Shown: piece after piece, positions 50,201 through 64,000 of the stretch | Layout: every line of letters starts with the position of its first letter | Numbering within the stretch: the stretch's first letter is position 1 | Assembly: GCA_028826165.1 (NCBI GenBank) | Contig: JAPDFW010000130.1 | Span: 62,001 to 126,000, forward strand | Direction: 5' to 3' | Origin: Anaeramoeba ignava BMAN | Taxonomy: Eukaryota > Protista > Anaeramoebae | Length of the DNA: 64,000 bases | Notes under the pieces: model-generated | What the model saw: only the letters and a program-made list of their open reading frames with translations | What the model was told of the DNA's origin: nothing | Database searches by the model: none | Made by a program: the position numbers and the translations under genes

Positions 50201-53200
50201 GTCATCTGAATCATTTTGGATTGCATCAATGGGGATTTCTTCTTGAACGGTTTTGATTGTGATTTCTTTTTCATGAGATCCTGATGAAGAAACAACTTTT
50301 CTGCATACTTCATACCAGAGAATCAATTCTGATAAAGAAGTTGAATCGATTAGTGAAGAAATGAGCGAGATTATTTGATCGGAAATTCTAGAAGTTAACG
50401 AAGTATTTATAGGATGGACAAAATCAAGAAATTCAAATAATTCTTCAAATGCACAAAACTCTGAATTTTGTTCTGAAACAAAGCTTATTGAACCTCTTTT
50501 TTTGTCGATAATTTGCTGCATTATAGATAAGGCAATGCTTGAATTCTGTAATCCAAAAGGCGATTTTTGACTGAAAGGTGAAAAATCAGAGAAAGATGTT
50601 TCAGACTCAATTTGGTTTTCTGGATTAGAAGGAGAAAGATTAGTTGGGAATAAAATATAAGTATTTAGAAGAATGCGGAAATAATGTGCTTCGTTAAGTA
50701 ATCCTGGAGAGAATATGAGCAATTTCTCGATAATTTTTGTTGTATGCTTATGAACATTGCTGAATTTAGATGGTAGAAGAATATTTTCAAGTATCATTAA
50801 AATCCATTTTGTCAATGCAGGCTTTTCTTGCAATTCAGGCCCAAGACCTAGCATAAGACCATCGATGATTCCGCCGATGGAATCCAGAATGGCAGGGTTG
50901 TTTATATGAGATTCTTTGGAAAGATGATAATTGACAACACTTAAAATTGGGGTGACAAAATTCATTTGGATGACAAGATTTGCGGAAGAATTCAATATTT
51001 TTGACAACGCACAAAGACATGATTCGTAAGTCTCCATATTTTCTGAGCGCGAAATTTCGATGAGAAAAATAATGACAGAAGGGAATATATCTTTTGCGCG
51101 AATATTTCCTATATACTGAATAATTGTGGCGAGTGTTATTGCAAAGTTGTTTTGTATTTGAGTATTTTGTGTGTCTCTTTGAGATTTTATGCTTTGAACA
51201 ATTTCGGATGCGAAGGTGTCTGGGAGATGAGTTCCTAAGATACCGATTATGTTTTGAGTTAGAATAGCAATTTTCTTGTTGTGGAAGTGAAGGGATTGCG
51301 ATACAATTTCTTGTGATACTAAAAGCAAAGTTTGATAATTTTGTTGTGATTCTTTTTTTCTTTGTGAATTGATTTGTTTCAAAAGATGGAAAATTGTTGC
51401 TAAAATATTTGTGAAAATGTGAGTTGATAATTTATCAGAGCTTGATTTGATAATCTTTGTTTTTTTTTCTTCTTGGATTGCTTTATTTTTATTTTTATTT
51501 TTATTTTTAGATTTTTTGTTTTTGCGTTTTGATTTCGATTGTTGTTCTTGTAGTTTTTTTTCACTTAATTCAAGAATTTCTTTTGCTTTTTTTGAAAGTT
51601 CATTTAAATTTGTCATGTATTTACTTATTGTTGATTTTGTTTGATAAAGAATCCATCTACAAAAAATGGTTATTGCAAGATCGACAATATCTTGGAAATT
51701 GATTTGCTTGAATTGAAAGAATTGTTGATTTTCTATAGGACAAAAATGGGGTTTGTAAGGATGAGAAGGGAGTATTTGTGATAAAAAGGAATGAGAGATT
51801 GAAATTCCCAATTTGGATTGGCAAATATCATTGAAAATCAGAGATTCACAAGATTGGATATTCAATTTTTTGAATATTGAATCAGGTAAAATAGAAAGGA
51901 GTTTGTATGCCACATTTCGGAAAGCAAAACAACAATCTTCGGAAAAAATTTTTTGCATATGATTTTTGTCAGTGAAAGAAGATTTATTGAAATAATAAAT
52001 CGATATTGGTATTGAAGTGTGTTGTTTTCCAGAATATTTCTTGGAAGATTGATTTATCACAAGCAATATTTTATTGATGATTGCTGATAATCTGTGTTCG
52101 AATTGAGTTTTTTGGTTTGGATAAAAAATGTTTTGCTGTTCTCTAAAGTTGTTGAAGAAAGCCAGTAATGAATAAGTGAGAATTTCCATAAGGAAAATGG
52201 ATTTGGATTCTTTTTCAATAATTTTCTGTATTGATTCAAGGGAATCCTCCCATAACTTGAGAATTGTGTCAATTTTTTGGGAAAGAAAGAATAAAGTGAT
52301 TGGATCTGAATCTTGAGAATTAAATACAGGATTTATGATAAATGGTTTGGGGGAATTTGTTTGTAAAGTTTCTGAATAGTAGATGTTCTTCATAAGCTCT
52401 GTATCAATTCTATGTTCTTTGTGGCTGTTTTTGAGAGAGTAATCTGAGTTTTTTTTGGCACAAAGAAATAATGTGTCCAATAATTCGAATCCAATTTTAA
52501 AATATTTAATGATTAAATTTAAGTCTGTCTGTTGATTTTGATTAATTTCAATTTCGTTGATTCCGTTCATAATATTTTGTTGTGCGATTGTGAACAAATT
52601 TGAAATCAAATGTTTTGGCTTGAGTATTTTATTATTTGTGATTGCCGAATAAGCAAGGCAATAAAAACAATGCTGAAGACCTGAGACTTGGAGTTGATGA
52701 TTATTTGTATTTTGAGAGCGAATTCTCTTTGAAATTTCTGTGTCGAGAACATTGATTATCGTCTTGATATTTGAAGGGAAGATTAAGAAAATGAGGCCAA
52801 TGCATTCAGCAGAAATTATTTGAATATGAATTGAGGGGTTGTCTAACCAAGAGAAAAGAACATTTATTAATGGAGGAATTTTTGGATATGAAACTTCTTG
52901 AAGAATTTGAATAAGATGGTGGATTTGAATTATCACCAAAGAAGCTTGCGAATTGTTGAAATGAGATGTGTTTGAGTTTATTTCCAGAGCAATATGGATC
53001 AAATGCTCTAAAATTTGGAGCTGTTTTGTTTGATCAAAGATGTTGCAAAATTGGTTCAAAATGGAACTAATGCAATTGTATATCAATTTAATGTTTTGGT
53101 TTTTTGTATCGATAATTTTGAATAAATCAGTTAAATGGACAATGTGGTTGAGAATTGACTTAGAGTGTTCAAATAAAAGTTGCGAGTTTAGATTGTTGAA

Positions 53201-56200
53201 AAATGATTGATAAGCAGTAGCTGCCGAAGATAATTGATTTTTGTTTTCTGTGTAAAGAAATAAAGATCCCAGAAGATTAAGAATGCTTTGAAAAGTATTA
53301 AAATCTGTTGAATGCTTATTGAGTTTGAGTTTTTCTTGTTTTTTGAGGAGATCCGAACCAGATCTTTTGTGCTTGGTTTTATTTTTTGCTTCGAAATTTC
53401 CTGAGTTTGTTCTTGTAATTTTCCGATGAGTTTTTGAAGTTTCTTTTGGATTTTGATCTTCATTCAAGTTTAAATCGAGATTTCTATTTATTTTTTGGTT
53501 TTGATTTTTGAGGTTTTCTTTTTGATTTTGAATATGTAATTTGATCCATGCTTGCGACATAATAAATCCATAAGATTCAGCAAATTTTGAGTTTACAGTT
53601 GAAGCATTTTCATTTGAAAAATATTTTAAAAGAATTTTGTGTAAATCATTCGGAATAATAGATTGGGAGATTGAAGAGAAAGAGCAAATGAGCTCAGCAA
53701 ATGCAATTTTGATTTCATCTGAAGTTTCATTTGAGAAATTTTTAATTGCTTTAAAAACTATTTAAAAAAATTTATAAATTTATAAATTTTAAAAATATTA
53801 AAAATATAAAATTATTTGATTTTATTTTTTACCATCATTTTCATAAACAAATAAACTTTGATAAGTTTTTATTAAATTAGAAATTGTTTTTAAAGATTTA
53901 ATTCTAATAAATTCCTGTAAAATTTAAATTGAAAAGAATTATTATTTAAAATTTTTTTTTTAATCGATAAAAAAAAGTTGAATTTAATACTTTTGGAGAT
54001 TTTAGATGTTTAAGAGTTAATATAACAGTATCTGATAATAAATTCAAAGTTTTTTTTGGGAATTGAGAATGTAATTCATTAAGAATTTCAATTGAAAGAC
54101 TTTTTAAAAAACAAGAAATTAATATTAATTTTAATATTTTTAATAAAATTAATTTTAATATTTTTAATAAAATTAATTTTAATATTTTTAATAAAATAAA
54201 TTTTAATATTTTTAATAAAATTAATTTTAATATTTTTAATAAAATAAATTTTAATATTTTTAATAAAATTAATTTTAATAATTTTAATATAAATTAATTT
54301 TAATATTTTTAATAAATTAATTTTAATATTTTTAATAAAATTAATTTTAATATTTTTAATAAAATTAATTTTAATATTTTTAATAAAATTAATTTTAATA
54401 TTTTTAATAAAATAAATTTTAATATTTTTAATAAAAATTAATTTTAATATTTTTAATATAATTAATTTTAATATTTTTAATATAATTAATTTTATTATTT
54501 TTAATATAATTAATTTTAATATTTTTAATAAAATTAATTTTAATATTTTTAATATAAATTAATTTTAATATTTTTAATATAAATTAATTTTAATATTTTT
54601 AATATAAATTAATTTTAATATTTTTAATATAATAAATTTTAATATTTTTAATATAATAAATTTTAATATTTTTAATAAAATTAATTTTAATATTTTTAAT
54701 ATAATTTAATTTTAATATTTTTAATATAAATTAATTTTAATATTTTTAATATAATAAATTTTTAATATTTTTAATAAAATTAATTTTAATATTTTTAATA
54801 AAAATTAATTTTAATATTTTTATATAAATTAATTTTAATATTTTTAATAAAATAAATTTTAATATTTTTAATAAAAATAAATTTTAATATTTTTAATAAA
54901 ATAAATTTTAATATTTTTAATAAATTTAATTTTAATATTTTTAATAAAATTAATTTTAATATTTTTAATAAAAATAATTTTAATATTTTTAATAAAATTA
55001 ATTTTAATATTTTTAATATAAATTAATTTTAATATTTTTAATAAAATTAATTTTAATATTTTTAATATAAATTAATTTTAATATTTTTAATATAATTAAT
55101 TTTAATATTTTTAATATAAATTAATTTTAATATTTTTAATAAATTTAATTTTAATATTTTTAATATAATTAATTTTAATATTTTTAATAAAAATAAATTT
55201 TAATATTTTTAATAAAAATTAATTTTAATATTTTTAATATAATTAATTTTAATATTTTTAATATAATTAATTTTATTATTTTTAATATAATTAATTTTAA
55301 TATTTTTAATATAAATTAATTTTAATATTTTTAATATAAATAAATTTTAATATTTTTAATATAAATTAATTTTAATATTTTTAATATAAATTAATTTTAA
55401 TATTTTTAATATAATAAATTTTAATATTTTTAATAAAATTAATTTTAATATTTTTAATATAATTAATTTTAATATTTTTAATATAATTAATTTTAATATT
55501 TTTAATAAAAATAAATTTTAATATTTTTAATATAAATAAATTTTTAATATTTTTAATAAAATTAATTTTAATATTTTTAATAAAATTAATTTTAATATTT
55601 TTATATAAATTAATTTTAATATTTTTAATAAAATAAATTTTAATATTTTTAATAAAATAAATTTTAATATTTTTAATAAAATAAATTTTAATATTTTTAA
55701 TAAAATAAATTTTAATATTTTTAATAAATTTAATTTTAATATTTTTAATAAAATTAATTTTAATATTTTTATATAAATTAATTTTAATATTTTTAATAAA
55801 ATTAATTTTAATATTTTTAATAAATTTTATTATTAATTTTTCAGATTAATTTTAATATTTTTAATAAAATTAATTTTAATATTTTTAATAAAATTAATTT
55901 TAATATTTTTAATAAAATTAATTTTAATATTTTTAATAAAAATTAATTTTAATATTTTTTTTAATAAAATTATTTTTAATATTTTTAATAAAATTAATTT
56001 TTAATATTTTTAATAAAATTAATTTTAATATTTTTAATAAAATTAATTTTAATATTTTTAATAAAATTAATTTTAATATTTTTAATAAAATTAATTTTAA
56101 TATTTTTAATAAAATTAATTTTAATATTTTTAATAAAATTAATTTTAATATTTTTAATAAAATTAATTTTAATATTTTTAATAAAATTAATTTTAATATT

Positions 56201-56775
56201 TTTAATAAAATTAATTTTAATATTTTTAATAAAATTAATTTTAATATTTTTAATAAAATTAATTTTAATATTTTTAATAAAATTAATTTTAATATTTTTA
56301 ATAAAATTAATTTTAATATTTTTAATATAATTAATTTTAATATTTTTAATATAAATTAATTTTAATATTTTTAATATAATTAATTTTAATATTTTTAATA
56401 AAATTAATTTTTCAGATAAATTTTAATATACATTCTGATAAAATGATTTGATTTCACTTTTCCTTTTAAATTGTTTTGTAAAGTAACAATTGTTTGCATT
56501 AAATTAATTGAAGATTTTTTATATAATTCAATTAAACATTTTGAAAATATTTTTCGAAGAAATGGTGAAGTTTCTTGTGATAAAATTTCTGTAAGTTTTG
56601 TTAAAAGAAATTTTTCGATTGTTAATCTTGTTTTTGAAGATTGTTTTAAATTTTTTATTGAAATTTGTTTAATTTCTTTATGTAAATTATTTAATAAAAT
56701 TGGAAGTGAATCTTTTATAACTTGAGATGAATTTTTTGAAGAAATAAAAGATTGAATTGAATTTAAAGAATCCAT
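47243..56775 (-). CDS. HEATR5: HEAT-repeat protein, HEATR5/Laa1-like (AP-1 accessory factor)
   Basis: Exons 56775-56432, 54099-53991, 53914-53833, 53757-47243. About 2350 aa, helical. The motifs LGPELQ and PRWQTKQYA resemble HEATR5-family segments (recognised from memory, not searched). Confidence 0.7.
54100..56431. repeat. 2.3-kb HEATR5 intron filled by a 24-bp minisatellite (AAAATTAATTTTAATATTTTTAAT)
   Basis: The 24-bp period is clear, e.g. 56111 to 56135. Bounded by GT at 56431 and AG at 54100 on the minus strand. Confidence 0.9.
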
Positions 56776-57096
56776 TATTATTATTAATATTATTATTATT
56801 TAAAAAAATGAAAAAGAAAAAAATGAAAAAAAAAAATTAAAAGGAGAAAAATTCTTTTTTTTTTTTCTTATTTTTTTAATTTAGATTTAATTTCAGATTT
56901 AATTCAGATTTAATTAGTTAAAATTAATGTATCGAACTTTCAAAATATTCAAATGGTCAATGAATTAACTTAAAATAATTAAAAACTTGAAAATTGATAG
57001 AAAAAAAAAAGGAAAAAAAAAAAATGAAAAAAAAAAAAATAAAAATTTTCTCTTAAAAAAAATTTTGGATCATTTTCTTTTGACTTTTTATCTAAA

Positions 57097-57601
57097 ATGC
57101 TCTCAAATTTTAATGAAAATACAAAAATACAACCAAAAACTATCACAAATGTATTCGATGAAGAAAACCGAATAGAAAAAAGAGAAGAAGAAATACTTGA
57201 ACATAAAAGAAGGAAAAGAGTAAAAACTGGATTACCACCAACAAGTAAACGAATCTTATTGATTTGGCTTTTTTACAACGTAGAAAATCCTTATCCAACA
57301 AAAGAAGAGAAAGAAGAGCTTTGTCAAAGGGCTAATATAACAATGGCACAGATCAATAATTTTTTTATAAATTCTAGAGTAAGAAAAATAAATTGAAATT
57401 AAATAACTGAAAAAAAATTTATTTTAAAAATTTAATTTAAAAATCTATTTTTGATTCCCTTTTTAGAGAAGAATCCTTAAACCTTTACTAGGTGATTATC
57501 ATACAAAAGAATTGGCTCATCAAATTAAAACTAGAAAAAGAAAAAAAGTTCCAATGGATCAGATTGATTTTGAAACTTCTCCAGTTCTTTCAAATAATTA
57601 A
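57097..57601 (+). CDS. TALE-class homeodomain protein (138 aa, two exons)
   Basis: Exons 57097-57378 and 57467-57601. The homeodomain reads LPPTSKRILLIWLFYNVENPYPTKEEKEELCQRANITMAQINNFFINSR|RRILKP, with the PYP loop and I50. Confidence 0.9.
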
Positions 57602-58199
57602 TTTAATTTAATTTAATTTCATTTAATTTATAATTGAATTTTAATAGAAATTCAATTTCTCTTTTCTTTTCCTTTCTCTTTCTTTCTTTTAAATAAAACA
57701 AAAACCATAAAAACAAAATTTTTTTCTTTTTTGATTTATTTTCTATTCCACTTGTAAAAATTAAAATTAAAATTAAAATTAAAATTAAAATTAAAGTTTT
57801 ATTTTGTTTATTGATTAAAAAAAAATAACACAATAAAAATCAAAAAGAAAACAAAAAAGAAAAATTGTTCAAAATAACTTTTCAAAAAGAAAGGAAAAAA
57901 AAAAATTTAAAGTAAATGAAATAATCCAAATAATAAGTTTTGTTCTTTCTAAATAACTTTCCAATAAAAAAAAAGTAAAAGAAGTTTTCTGTATAATAAA
58001 CGATCTAGTAACTAAAATACGATAATAAAATAATGCAAGTAAAATTCAATTTTCTAAAAAATTTGCAATTAATTCTGATCAATAAAAAGGATAAAAAAGA
58101 AAAAAAAAAAAAAGTTAAAAGGTTAAAAAGGAGAAAAAGAATAATCTGAACTAATTTTTTGGAAAAATTTCTAATAAGTCATTTTGAAATTGAATAAAT

Positions 58200-61100
58200 T
58201 TAATTTTCATCAAAAGGATCAAAAATAACGAAATTTTTATGATCGAGAATATCTTGATTTTGTAAATCTTCATTTTCAAAGTCTTGATCGATTAATTCTT
58301 GGTTTTCTAAATCTTCATTTAAACTAAGAACTGAAGTTGAAGATGAAGTTGAAGTTAAAATTGAGTCTGAGAGATTTTTGGAATTTTCAAGTTTGAACGT
58401 AATTTCAGAATTTAATGAATTTTCAGATTCTTCATTATTTTGTAAAGATTTAGTTTCGTTATTAAAATTAACAATTCCATATAATTTATCTGTGATTCTT
58501 TTCTGATTTTCAACAAGAAGAGTAACTTGTTTTAACTTTCTTTTGAGTAATAAATTATCATGTAAAAGGGATTGTTTTTGAGATTTAACACTTTCCATTC
58601 CTCCCATTCTTTCTTCTAAATGTGTTTCAAGACGTTTGAGTTGTTTTTCGTTTTTTTTGCGTTCTTGAAGTAATGATTCCGATAATGCTGTAATTTCTGC
58701 TTCTTTTTGTGTGACTTTTTTTTCAATAAAAGAGTAAATTTCAGAAATTTTAGTTGAAATCAAGCATTTAAATTGATCATCTCCAACTTTTTCCAAAATT
58801 CCATGAATATTATCAATTTCGTTTTTCATTTGTTGTTTTTTGGGAATTTTTTCAAGTGAGCTTTTGATTGAATTTGTTAAAGCTGTTGATTCTTGTGGAG
58901 TAATAAATTTTTGAGTTTCATTTCTTGGAGGAGAAAAAGTTGGCCGAATAATTAAGCTTTGTGATTTTGTGAGTTTTACTTGAGGTTTAATTCTTATTGA
59001 AAGAGGTGATGATTTGGGTCCAAGTGATTCTTGACGAACTGGTGGATTACATGGATAAATTATCACTTGTGCTAATGATTTGTTGTTTGTTTGTAGAAAT
59101 GTTACTGAGCATGCTCCCCATTTTGTAAGTTCTGTTTTAATATTAATAAAAAGCCAAACAACATTGAAAACTCCTGATTTTTCTCTTTTTATTTTTAAAT
59201 TGAAAAAGTTGGATTAGATTTATATTATATTGATTTTGAATTTGAATTTGAATTTGATTTTGATTTTGATTTTGATTTTGATTTTGATTTAGATTTTGAT
59301 TTTGATTTTGATTTTGATTTAGATTTTGATTTTGATTTTGATTTAGATTTTGATTTTGATTTTGATTTTGATTTTGAATTTGATTTTGATTTTGATTTTG
59401 AATTTGAATTTTGATATTGATTTTGATATTGATATTGATATTGATTTTGATATTGATATTTATATTGATTTATATTTATATTTATATTGATATTTATATT
59501 GATATTTATATTGATATTGATATTTATATTGATATTTATATTGATATTGATATTTATATTGATATTGATTTTGATTTATATTTATATTGATATTGATTTT
59601 GATATTGATATTTATATTGATTTGATATATTTATATTGATATTGATATTGATATTTATATTGATATTGATATTTTATTGATATTGATATTGATATTTATA
59701 TTGATATTGATTTTTGATTTATATTTATATTGATATTTATATTGATATTGATATTGATTTGATTTTGATATTTATATTTATATTGATATTTATATTGATA
59801 TTGATATTGATATTGATATTTATATTGATATTGATATTGATATTGATATTGATATTGATATTGATATTGATATTGATATTGATATTGATTTTGATATTGA
59901 TATTGATATTGATATTGATATTTTTATATTGATATTGATATTTATATTTATATTGATATTGATATTGATATTGATATTGATATTGATATTGATATTGATA
60001 TTGATATTGATATTGATATTGATATTTATATTTATATTTATATTGATATTTATATTGATATTGATATTGATATTGATATTGATATTGATATTGATATTGA
60101 TATTGATATTTATATTTATATTGATATTGATATTTATATTTATATTGATATTGATATTGATATTTATATTGATATTGATATTTATATTGATATTGATATT
60201 GATATTGATATTGAAGCTGATATTGATATTGATATTGATATTGATATTGATATTGATATTGATATTGATATTGATATTGATATTGATATTGATATTGATA
60301 TTGATATTTATATTGATATTGATATTGATATTGATATTGATATTGATATTGATATTGATATTGATATTGATATTGATATTGATATTGATATTGATATTAT
60401 TGATATTGATATTGATATTGATATTGATATTGATATTGATATTGATATTGATATTGATATTGATATTGATATTGATATTTATATTTATATTTATATTGAT
60501 ATTGATATTTATATTTATATTGATTTTAATTTTATTTTGAGATTTAGATTTATTATTTAGATTTTGATTTTGATTTTGATTTTGATTTAGATTTAGATTT
60601 AGATTTAGATTTAGATTTAGATTTATTATTTAGATTTAGATTTGATTTAGCAAATATTGTTTTATCATAAATTTAATTTGATAAAAAATTTGTTTTTGTG
60701 AAGTGGATTTTTTTTTTTAAATAAAGATTCATAAAGCAAATGAAAATGATTTTTTTTTAATTTTTTTTCAAAATGATCAAATAAATTGAAAAAAAAATTT
60801 TAAATTATAAAATATAAAAATATAAAGGAAATTAAAGTGAATTAAATTTGATCTGAATTTAAATAAAAAAATATAAGTAAATGATCAAATAAAAAGAAAA
60901 ATATATAACGAAATTTAAATAAAAAATAAATAAATAAATAAATAAAATAAATAAAGAAATCGAAATTTTGTGGAAAATATAATAATATAAAATTTTCTCA
61001 ATTATAAAAGGAAATGAATAAAAAAACTTACTGTAAAGCTCTTTGAGAAGTTGTTAATAAAGCAGTTTCTGTATCAGAATTAAGATGAGGTTGATTTTTA

Positions 61101-61297
61101 GCAGAAAATAAACTAAGGGATCTTTGTAAAGCTGCTTTTGAAGAAGAAATGCCAATAAAATGTAAAAAAGCATGATTTGAATTCTCAATTTTCATTGATT
61201 GATTTATTATTATAACTGGGTCTTGAAATTTATGTATTGAATTTAAATGTTTTTTCCAATTTTTTTTAGGAACGTTTAATGAATATTTGTTTCCCAT
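58200..61297 (-). CDS. PAS-like domain + coiled-coil protein with an MGNxxS N-terminus (~416 aa, two exons)
   Basis: Exon 1 is 61297-61032 (DPVIIINQSMKIENSNHAFLHFIG...AKNQPH), followed by a phase-2 intron at 61031-59185. Exon 2 is 59184-58200 (EKSGVFNVVWLF...AQVIIYP, then coiled coil). MGNKYS fits the N-myristoylation consensus. Confidence 0.7.
59230..60650. repeat. (GATATT/GATTTT)n array inside the 1.85-kb PAS-gene intron
   Basis: Seen directly in the sequence. Confidence 0.88.
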
Positions 61298-61905
61298 TTA
61301 ATTTGTTTAATAATTTTAAATTTATTATTTTTTTAAAAGTGTTGTCAAAAAAAATAATTAAAAAATTTAATAAAAAAAGAACCAAAAAGAAAAAGTAGAA
61401 AAAAAAAAAAATTAAATTGAAAAATGAAAAAAAAAAATTTTTTTTGTAAATTTAAAAAAACAAAAAAAATAAAAGGAATTAAATAAAGGAAAAAAAATTT
61501 TTTTTTTTATTGTTTTTTTCTTTTTGTTTTTATTTCTTTGTTGTCTTTTTTTTTTTTTACCTTTCAAAAAAAATAAAACAAAATTTAAATTTAAAATCCA
61601 AAATCAATCAAATCAATTTTAAATAAAAAGAAATAAAAAATAAAAAAAAGAAATAAAAAAAAATAAAGATCATAAAACAAGAAATGCGATCTTAATTGGT
61701 TTTATTTTATTTTAAATTAAAAACTTTTATTTTTTATTTTTAACAAATAAGTTTTTTAAAAAATTAATAATTATTATTTAAAAATTATTAAAAAAAAAAA
61801 TTTTTTTTCTTTTTGAATTTTTTCTTTTTATTTTTTTTTTTTAATAATTTGATTATTTTTTACAATAAGATTCAATTTAAATTTATCAAATTTTGAAATA
61901 GAAAA

Positions 61906-62360
61906 ATGAATTTATTTAAAACTAAATCGAAATGTGAAATGTTTGTTGTTTTTGATGAACAACAAAAACGTCAAAAAATAACAAAAACATTTAGACAAAA
62001 AGAAAAACAACTTCTAATTTATACAACTGGAGAAACTGTTTCAGGAAATTTGAAAATTGAAATTAAAGATAATTCAAAAATTGATTTTGAACAGATAACA
62101 ATTGAATTTCTTGGTCAAATACGTATAAATGTCAATAATTTTTTTTTAAAAAGAAAAATTTTTTTCAATTTTTTTCATTTTTTTTTCATTTTTTTTTCAT
62201 TTTTAAAAGTTATTGTTGGTTATGATAGTTATATATTTACTCAATTATCAAGGCAATTAGAACAAAAAGGTTCTTTATCACAATCTAAAACTTGGGAATT
62301 TTCTTTTCCAAAAGTTGAAAAACAATTTGAGTCTTATTATGGAAGAATTGTTACATTAAG
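61906..62360 (+). CDS. VPS26: Retromer subunit VPS26, first exons (gene continues beyond the window)
   Basis: Exons 61906-62122 and 62210-62360. Reads YTTGETVSG...IEFLGQI and FSFPKVEKQFESYYGRIVTLR, followed by a GT donor at 62361. Confidence 0.88.
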
Positions 62361-62374
62361 GTTTTTATCACAGA

Positions 62375-64000
62375 ATTATTTATAAAATTATTTATAAAAT
62401 TATTTATAAAATTATTTATAAAATTATTTATAAAATTATTTATAAAATTATTTATAAAATTAATTATAAAATTATTTATTAAATTATTTATTAAATTATT
62501 TATAAAATTAATTATAAAATTATTTATTAAATTATTTATAAAATTATTTATAAAATTATTTATAAAATTATTTATAAAATTATTTTTATAAAATTAATTA
62601 TAAAATTATTAATAAAATTATTTATAAAATTATTTATTAAATTATTTATTTATAAAATTAAATATAAAATTATTTATAAAATTATTTATAAAATTATTTT
62701 ATAAAATTATTTATAAAATTATTTATAAAATTATATATAAAATTATTTATAAAATTATTTATAAAATTATTTATAAAATTATTTATAAAATTAAATATAA
62801 AATTATTTATAAAATTATTTATAAAATTATTTATAAAATTATTTATTAAATTATTTATTTATTTTATAAAATTATTTATAAAATTATTTATAAAATTATT
62901 TATAAAATTATTTATAAAATTATTTATAAAATTATTTATAAAATTATTTATAAAATTATTTATAAAATTATTTATAAAATTATTTATAAAATTATTTATA
63001 AAATTATTTATAAAATTATTTATAAAATTATTTATAAATTATTTATAAAATTATTTATAAAATTAATTATAAAATTATTTATAAAATTATTTTATAAAAT
63101 TATTTATAAAATTAAATATAAAATTATTTATAAAATTATTTATTTAAATTATTTATAAAATTATTTATTAAATTATTTATAAAATTATTTATTAAATTAT
63201 TTATAAAATTATTTATAAAATTATTTATAAAATTATTTATAAAATTATTTATAAAATTATTAATAAAATTATTTTATAAAATTATTTATAAAATTATTTA
63301 TAAAATTAAATATAAAATTAAATATAAAATTAAATATAAAATTATTTATAAAATTATTTATAAAATTATTTATAAAATTATTTATAAAATTATTTATAAA
63401 ATTATTTATAAAATTAATTATAAAATTATTTATTAAATTATTTATTAAAATTATTTATTAAATTGATTATAAAATTATTTATAAATTTATTTATAAAATT
63501 GATTATAAAATTAATTATAAAATTATATATAAAATTAAATATTAAAATTAATTATAAAATTAAATATAAAATTAAATATTAAATTTTATAAAATTAATTA
63601 TAAAATTAAATATAAAATTAATTATAAAATTAATTATAAAATTAATTATAAAATTATTTATAAAATTATTTATAAAATTATTTATAAAATTATTTATAAA
63701 ATTATTTATAAAATTAATTATAAAATTATTTATAAAATTATTTATAAAATTATTTATAAAATTAAATATAAAATTAATTATAAAATTAAATATAAAATTA
63801 TTTATAAAATTAAATATAAAATTATTTATAAAATTAATTATAAAATTATTTATAAAATTATTTATAAAATTATTTTATAAAATTATTTATAAAATTATTT
63901 ATTAAATTATTTATAAAATTATTTATTAAATTATTTATAAAATTATTTATTAAATTATTTATAAAATTATTTATAAAATTATTTATAAAATTATTTATAA
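62375..64000. repeat. 12-bp tandem repeat (TTATAAAATTAT)n in a VPS26 intron
   Basis: Starts ~15 nt after the donor and runs to the end of the window. Confidence 0.9.

Noticed and set aside
1-64000. Alternative genetic code, tRNA/rRNA genes, transposase/RT genes, inteins
   Set aside because: Long ORFs end normally at TAA/TGA and apparent internal stops are explained by introns or indels. I recognised no structured RNA gene, mobile-element ORF or Hint-domain motif by eye.

Overview
This is a very AT-rich eukaryotic window in the standard genetic code, with GT-AG spliceosomal introns. The gene content (ankyrin-BTB, myristoyl-PAS, TALE homeobox, NQ/NE tracts) suggests an Anaeramoeba-like protist, which is an inference. 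Gene order: Mtr4-type helicase (-, runs off the left edge); BEACH protein 1 (+); three intronless 10xEF-hand genes (+); a 27-exon ankyrin-BTB gene (+) that the ORF track almost entirely misses; EF-hand copy 4 (-); an orphan nested-repeat protein (+) flanked by satellites; EF-hand copy 5 (+, frameshifted); BEACH protein 2 (-); HEATR5/Laa1-like (-); TALE homeobox (+); PAS/coiled-coil gene (-); VPS26 (+, runs off the right edge). The main finding is the ankyrin-BTB gene (22940-26820). All 26 introns are phase 0, each ankyrin body is one exon, and the variable beta-hairpin residues (the x-x of D/N-x-x-G-x-T-P) are mostly encoded by single-codon microexons. I count eleven 3-nt exons plus one 6-nt and one 9-nt exon. 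This is a candidate splicing- or exon-level diversification system for a ligand-binding surface. All exon structures were derived by hand from DNA and need RNA confirmation.
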